Origin: an uncultured Gammaproteobacteria bacterium
GTDB lineage: Bacteria; Patescibacteriota; Microgenomatia; PFEM01; CAYPPS01
Length of the DNA stretch: 63,769 nt
Assembly: GCA_964655765.1 (NCBI GenBank)
Contig: CAZZNI010000001.1
Coordinates: 1 to 63,769, forward strand
Reading direction: 5' to 3'
The notes under the pieces were generated by a model. It saw nothing but the letters and a program-made list of their open reading frames with translations. It was not told where the DNA came from and did not search any database. Positions 62,761-63,769 of this stretch are shown in pieces (position 1 is the first letter of the stretch; each line of letters starts with the position of its first letter). Both the position numbers and the translations under genes were made by a program.

Positions 62761-63769
62761 ATGGACCCAAAAAAAATTTGGAACATTACACTTGATAATT
62801 TAAAACTAAACCTATCGGCGGCGAATTTTTCAACTTGGTTTACCCACACTTTCATTATCCAGATAAAACTGATTGATGAAAACCGGCAAATTTGTGAAAT
62901 CGGCTGTCCGTCTTCTTTTGTTGCCAACACAATTGAAAACCGCTATTACGGATTAATTAAAGACAGCCTCGACTCATTAACTAATAAAAAAAATGATTTA
63001 GTTTTTTTAGTTAAACAGTTGCCCAAAAGAGAAGGGGAGGAAAAAGCCCCCTCGCCGCTTTTTGACCAACCAAGAGAGAGCCAAAGCGATAAACAAAGCC
63101 GAATAAACGAAGCTATCCTTGCCGCTCGTTTGCGACCCGACTTCACTTTTGATAATTTTGCTGTTTCATCAAGTAACCAAATGGCCTATGCCGCCGCTCA
63201 AGCGGTTGGTGACAATATCGGCAAAGCCTATAATCCTCTTTTTCTATACGGCGGGGTAGGAGTAGGTAAGACCCATTTAATGCAGGCAATCGCTCACCAG
63301 GTAATTTTAAAAAAACCGAAAACAAAAATTGTTTACTGCACCAGCGAGGAGTTTACTAATGATATTATCAACGCTATCCGACGGAAAAACACTGAGGATT
63401 TTAAAAAACAATATCGCAGCGCTAAATTGTTGATGGTCGACGATATCCAATTTATTGCCGGCAAAGAAACCGCCCAGGAAGAATTTTTCCACACTTTCAA
63501 TTCACTCTGGGGAATGGGCGGCCAAATAGTTTTAACTTCCGACCGACCGCCAGAAGAAATTAAAAAACTGGAGGATCGGCTGCGCTCCCGTTTCGAAGGT
63601 GGCTTAATTATTGATATTCAAAACCCAAACTTTGAACTGCGAACGGCGATTTTACAAATAAAGGCTCAACAAGCAGGAATTAACCTGCCAATGGATGTGG
63701 CTCAAATTGTTGCCAGCCATGTCACTTCAACTAGAAAACTGGAAGGTTTTTTAACCCGGTTACTAAGCG
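62761..63769 (+). CDS. dnaA: Chromosomal replication initiator DnaA (5' part; runs off the right window edge)
   Basis: My translation from ATG 62761 is MDPKKIWNITLDNLKLNLSAANFSTWF...FTFDNFAVSSSNQMAYAAAQAV...NPLFLYGGVGVGKTHLMQAIAHQ... (Walker A), then LMVDDIQFIAGKE (Walker B). No stop occurs before the window ends. Confidence 0.95.
   Translation, partial: MDPKKIWNITLDNLKLNLSAANFSTWFTHTFIIQIKLIDENRQICEIGCPSSFVANTIENRYYGLIKDSLDSLTNKKNDLVFLVKQLPKREGEEKAPSPLFDQPRESQSDKQSRINEAILAARLRPDFTFDNFAVSSSNQMAYAAAQAVGDNIGKAYNPLFLYGGVGVGKTHLMQAIAHQVILKKPKTKIVYCTSEEFTNDIINAIRRKNTEDFKKQYRSAKLLMVDDIQFIAGKETAQEEFFHTFNSLWGMGGQIVLTSDRPPEEIKKLEDRLRSRFEGGLIIDIQNPNFELRTAILQIKAQQAGINLPMDVAQIVASHVTSTRKLEGFLTRLLS

Noticed and set aside
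1-63769. An alternative genetic code (UGA recoded, as in some CPR lineages), and CRISPR arrays.
   Set aside because: Conserved genes read full-length under the standard code, and TGA is used as a genuine stop (for example, the sipW-type peptidase at 960-962). I saw no regularly spaced direct repeats resembling a CRISPR array anywhere in the window.

Overview
This looks like an AT-rich, gene-dense chromosomal segment from a small-genome bacterium. The gene content suggests Candidate Phyla Radiation / Patescibacteria, which is an inference: many membrane and surface proteins, FemX, DUF4012, PEGA, pilus-like genes, and almost no biosynthesis genes. The right end carries the replication-origin neighbourhood (jag-yidC-yidD-rnpA-rpmH on the minus strand, a perfect DnaA box, then dnaA). 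Most of the window is housekeeping (murJ, rpsT, metG, tatD, valS, groESL, L25, RNase H, helicases, rmuC) and cell-envelope glycan genes. The standout is a complete diversity-generating retroelement (DGR) at about 36.46-40.70 kb. It has a 141-nt template repeat (TR), a reverse transcriptase with the DGR-type SQ motif and a YMDD box, and a convergent Avd-like four-helix-bundle gene. Its target is a 789-aa secreted protein with two LamG-like domains and a C-type-lectin/FGE-fold C-terminus, whose last ~140 nt form the variable repeat (VR). TR and VR differ almost only at TR adenines, and all 11 AAY codons are changed. The exceptions are one C->G change in a GC-rich IMH-like 3' end and a 1-nt deletion that frameshifts the conserved GFRC tail. 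The DGR plus a PIN toxin module lies between the intact groEL 3' end and a diverged 57-nt copy of that 3' end, which suggests an island inserted at groEL. No CRISPR array or rRNA was seen. One tRNA-Cys is present.
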